Positions 28,467 through 32,000 of a DNA stretch of 32,000 nt are shown in pieces. Both the position numbers and the translations under genes were made by a program. The first letter of the stretch is position 1; each line of letters opens with the position of its first letter. This stretch comes from Methanosphaera stadtmanae DSM 3091 (GTDB lineage Archaea; Methanobacteriota; Methanobacteria; Methanobacteriales; Methanobacteriaceae), in contig NC_007681.1 of assembly GCF_000012545.1 (NCBI RefSeq), positions 480,001 through 512,000 on the forward strand, given 5' to 3'. The notes beneath the pieces were generated by a model, which was given only the letters and a program-made list of their open reading frames with translations, did not search any database and was not told where the DNA came from.

Positions 28467-29641
28467 ATAGGTAGTGTTAGATAATCAATTAGTTTTATAT
28501 TTTTATCAATGGCTTGTTGTTTATTTTCTTTTGACATAAATAATGCTAAATCAGCATAATTATACTGTGCTTTTTTTAGAGATTCTATAATAGGGGATAC
28601 TTGTGTAAGTGGTTTTAGGCCATTGTATGTATTAACTTGTATACTCATCTTTTTAAATGAAAGTTCTTCTGGCATATCTATAATAACTTCTTCTGGGGGA
28701 ACATCTAATTTATTTGCTATTTCCTCTTCTGCTTCAGTTAAATATTTTTTATCCATATTTACTATTTTTTCAGGATTTTCAAAGTCTATTAAAGGTATAG
28801 TGTCAGTTTTTTTATATAATCTGCGCGTATCTATATTTTTCATAGTTTTTTGTGGTAATCCTTTAGTATTTCGTGTTATATTTATTAAGTCACCATCATC
28901 AAGATATTGTAGTTCTTTTTCAACAACTACTTTGTCTTTAATTAATCTGGATAATGATACTCTAAACATACTATTTACTATTCTTGTTGTATGATGTTGA
29001 TATACAGTAGGATACATGAAATATCTTGCTAGTAATGTTGATTCTGCAGCTTGAACTCCCTTTGATGATAATACAAGAGCATTATCACAGTAGGTTAAGC
29101 TATATAATAAGCGTTCCGTATCAATAACACCATAAGCAACACCAGTATAATATGAGTCTCTTGCAAGATAGTCCATTCTATCAACATCAAGGTCTCCTGA
29201 GATTATTTTTCCATACTTGGTTTTTCCATCAATTATACTTGTAACTAGTTTTGGATCGAATTTTTCATTTAATATGTCTGTAATACTTGAATCTTTTATG
29301 ATATTTTTAGTTACTGTTTCATGGTCATGTTTTAGTGCTCTTTCTGAAACATGTGAAAATGGGGAGTGACCAATATCATGAAGTAATCCACATATTCTTA
29401 GTAATTCAATGATTTCATTATCTAAATTTAGTCTTGTTGCTATTTTATTTGCTAAAAATAAAGTACCTATTGAATGCTCAAATCTAGTATGATTTGCTCC
29501 AGGATATACAAGATTTGTAAATCCTAATTGCTTTATTCTTCTTAATCTTTGCATTTCAACAGTATCTATGATTTTTAATTCAAAATCAGTTAGATGTAAA
29601 TCACCATGGATACTATCTCTTATAAATCCCATTTTCATCAA
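28463..29641 (-). CDS. HD-domain phosphohydrolase (SAMHD1/dGTPase-like, COG1078-type)
   Basis: 392 aa. N-terminus IRDSIHGDLHLTDFELKIIDTVEMQRLRRIKQLG, RFEHSIGT, LLHDIGHSPFSH and DVDRMDYLARDSYYTG. Confidence 0.85.
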   Translation of the reverse strand: MMKMGFIRDSIHGDLHLTDFELKIIDTVEMQRLRRIKQLGFTNLVYPGANHTRFEHSIGTLFLANKIATRLNLDNEIIELLRICGLLHDIGHSPFSHVSERALKHDHETVTKNIIKDSSITDILNEKFDPKLVTSIIDGKTKYGKIISGDLDVDRMDYLARDSYYTGVAYGVIDTERLLYSLTYCDNALVLSSKGVQAAESTLLARYFMYPTVYQHHTTRIVNSMFRVSLSRLIKDKVVVEKELQYLDDGDLINITRNTKGLPQKTMKNIDTRRLYKKTDTIPLIDFENPEKIVNMDKKYLTEAEEEIANKLDVPPEEVIIDMPEELSFKKMSIQVNTYNGLKPLTQVSPIIESLKKAQYNYADLALFMSKENKQQAIDKNIKLIDYLTLPM

Positions 29642-29659
29642 ACTCTTATTATTTTTTAT

Positions 29660-30226
<567 letters not shown>

Positions 30227-30469
30227 TTATACTATTTATCTGTTATTTAATATGTTTTTTCATATTATTTATAGTTTTTATTTCATTTGAATATTTTTTT
30301 TCTACTTTTAATAAAAATATGTTTATTTTTACTTTTTATTTTTGAATTTTTTTCCATTTATGTGATTTTTTTTCTAATTTATTTTAATTAATTATTTTTT
30401 ATGAATATATTCTATTTTTAAATAACTTTAAATATAATTAATGTCAAAAATTATATTGTATATAATAAT

Positions 30470-30541
30470 AGTCCTTTAGGGTAGTGGCAATCCTACGAGA
30501 CTCTGGATCTTGTGACAGCGGTTCGACTCCGCTAAGGACTA
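30470..30541 (+). tRNA. tRNA-Gln (anticodon CUG)
   Basis: A hand-folded 72-nt cloverleaf. Acceptor AGTCCTT/AAGGACT, anticodon stem CGAGA/TCTTG, loop CTCTGGA (CTG at 30503-30505), 4-nt variable loop, T arm AGCGG-TTCGACT-CCGCT, discriminator A. No CCA is encoded and a T-run follows. A TATA-like TTTAAATATAA lies about 35 bp upstream. The D stem is imperfect. Confidence 0.85.
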
Positions 30542-30581
30542 CTTTTTATTCTATTTTTAGGTTGATTATGGAGTTTTATGT

Positions 30582-31640
30582 ATGTCTGGATTTTATTCTG
30601 AAAAAATTTTTACCAATGAATTATTTGATGTATTTAAACAGGATGCTGCAATTGTTGTTTATCTAAAAAAGGAAAATAACTTGATTATTTCATCATGGAT
30701 TAATGGAGGTTATCAAGAAAATTTGAAATATATTGTTAATCAAACATTAGATGGTACAGATTATGATGAAATGGTTTCAATGGATTATTCCACATTTCAA
30801 ACAAGATGTATGGAAAAAATTAATTTAAATCCAAATGAATCAGCAGGTATGGCAACATCTGCATGTATGGATAATTATGCAATAAGTGTATATGAATATA
30901 AGGATTTAAAAGTAACTTCTATTGTAACAGCAGGTGCAGATAATAATGGAATTAAGGCGGGAGATCCTGCATCATTTTATGAACATAATAATGAATATAA
31001 TCTCGATGTTGGAACAATAAATATTATAACAATAATTGATGCAAATCTAGAACCAGGAACATTAATAACAGCATCAATAACAGCTACTGAAGCAAAAACT
31101 AGTGTACTTCAAGATTTAAAATTAGAAAGTCAGTTTTCAACACATATAGCAACAGGTACTGGTACTGATGGAATTTGTGTTATTTCCAATAAATCTAGTG
31201 AGAATCATATTGAAAATGCAGGTAAACACTCAAAGCTAGGTGAAATTATTGCAAAGTCAGTTCAAGAAGCAACAAGAAAAGCTCTCTATCTACAAACAGA
31301 AATGTGTATATCTTACCAGAAATCAGTACTTAACAGATTAAGTAGATTTAACATAGATTTTGATACATTCTACAATAAAACAGAAGGTATTACAAAGACA
31401 GATTATGCTATGAAATTCAATAATTTCAATAGTAATACAGAAAATATTGCATATATAAGTGGAATTATTGATTTAATTGATGAGACTCAAACAAATCTAC
31501 TAGAAATATGTGATGTAGTACATCCCATAAAAAATATTATTAAATTATTTTTAGATGTGGAATATGATGTAGAATTTAATTCCATTGATGATGTACTAAA
31601 CTATTTAATCGATGCAATAAACACACATCTTCTAAAATAA
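30582..31640 (+). CDS. cbiZ: adenosylcobinamide amidohydrolase-like protein (CbiZ family)
   Basis: 352 aa. The segments SSWINGGY...VNQTL, VGTINIITIIDANL, SITATEAKTSVLQDL and ATGTGTDGICVIS fit the CbiZ-family pattern as I remember it. A C-terminal extension of unknown function follows. Confidence 0.55.
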   Translation: MSGFYSEKIFTNELFDVFKQDAAIVVYLKKENNLIISSWINGGYQENLKYIVNQTLDGTDYDEMVSMDYSTFQTRCMEKINLNPNESAGMATSACMDNYAISVYEYKDLKVTSIVTAGADNNGIKAGDPASFYEHNNEYNLDVGTINIITIIDANLEPGTLITASITATEAKTSVLQDLKLESQFSTHIATGTGTDGICVISNKSSENHIENAGKHSKLGEIIAKSVQEATRKALYLQTEMCISYQKSVLNRLSRFNIDFDTFYNKTEGITKTDYAMKFNNFNSNTENIAYISGIIDLIDETQTNLLEICDVVHPIKNIIKLFLDVEYDVEFNSIDDVLNYLIDAINTHLLK

Positions 31641-31670
31641 TCTTTTTTTTTAAAAAGAAAAGGTGGGTAA

Positions 31671-32000
31671 TTATATGAGTATTATTGGTAGGTCCACATT
31701 TTTAAGTGTTGCTTCTGTAAAACTACCAATTACTCTTGAATTTGAATAATTAATTCCCTGTTTTCCCATTATAATACTATCAGCTTCACTTTTACGTGCA
31801 ATAGTCACAATATCATACATGGGACTTCCAAATAAAACCATACTTTCAACATTAATATTGTTTTTAAGAATTAAATCAACAATCTTCTTAATAAACTCAT
31901 TGGATTTAGCCTCTTGTTCATTATATGACAGATCTACTGACTGATCCATGATATTTGTAACAATGATTGTGGAATTTAATTCTTTTGCAAGTTCAATAGC
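31671..32000 (-). CDS. universal stress protein (UspA family), N-terminus beyond the window
   Basis: The reading frame stays open upstream of the tracked ATG (..AIELAKELNSTIIVTNIMDQSV..). The C-terminal ADSIIMGKQGINYSNSRVIGSFTEATLKNVDLPILI is the Usp ATP-binding tail pattern. Confidence 0.7.
   Translation of the reverse strand, partial: AIELAKELNSTIIVTNIMDQSVDLSYNEQEAKSNEFIKKIVDLILKNNINVESMVLFGSPMYDIVTIARKSEADSIIMGKQGINYSNSRVIGSFTEATLKNVDLPIILI

Noticed and set aside
30484-30666. 60-aa ORF on the plus strand
   Set aside because: It starts inside the tRNA-Gln gene and runs into the CbiZ-like gene start in another frame. It is spurious.

Overview
Very AT-rich archaeal chromosome segment. The gene content points to a methanogen of the Methanobacteriales (Methanosphaera/Methanobrevibacter-like): mfnB, an archaeal-type pheS, an archaeal NMN adenylyltransferase, a pseudomurein-binding-like repeat protein and a giant Asn/Thr-rich surface protein. 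This taxonomic call is inference only.

Layout:
- 1-795: the tail of an unknown gene and a membrane protein.
- 796-1729: a 930-bp ORF-free region.
- 1730-10063: a complete, canonical type I-B cas operon (cas6-cas8b-cas7-cas5-cas3-cas4-cas1-cas2).
- 10064-10168: the CRISPR leader.
- 10169-14223: a 62-repeat CRISPR array with a 29-nt repeat, GTTTAAAATAGACTTAATAGTATGAAAAC.
- 14372-15056: a frameshifted transposase remnant.
- 15203-20250: housekeeping genes (CitG-family enzyme, pheS, a 49-aa ORF, mfnB, guaB).
- 21153-27287: a 2044-aa adhesin-like gene bracketed by a perfect 65-bp direct repeat.
- 27561-27968: an IS1182-type transposase N-terminal relic.
- 28218-30196, minus strand: an operon of NMNAT, an HD phosphohydrolase and a small PMBR-like protein.
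- 30470-32000: tRNA-Gln(CUG), a CbiZ-like gene and a partial universal stress protein gene.

Most interesting observation: about 150-250 bp upstream of cas6, on the opposite strand, there are selectively conserved CRISPR-repeat relics. They are arranged as 5'-handle half-repeat, 20-nt pseudo-spacer, then 3' pseudo-repeat. The seed end of the pseudo-spacer matches a site between two divergent TATA-like boxes, one of which is the apparent cas6 promoter. This architecture resembles CreA/CreR-type crRNA-like regulatory RNAs, and I am not aware of one described for a methanogen I-B locus.

Other notable points: a 40-nt array spacer that is 35/40 identical to the array's own leader, a tandem two-unit duplication inside the array, short homologous motifs flanking the whole CRISPR-cas module, and a C9 tract upstream of the adhesin gene.
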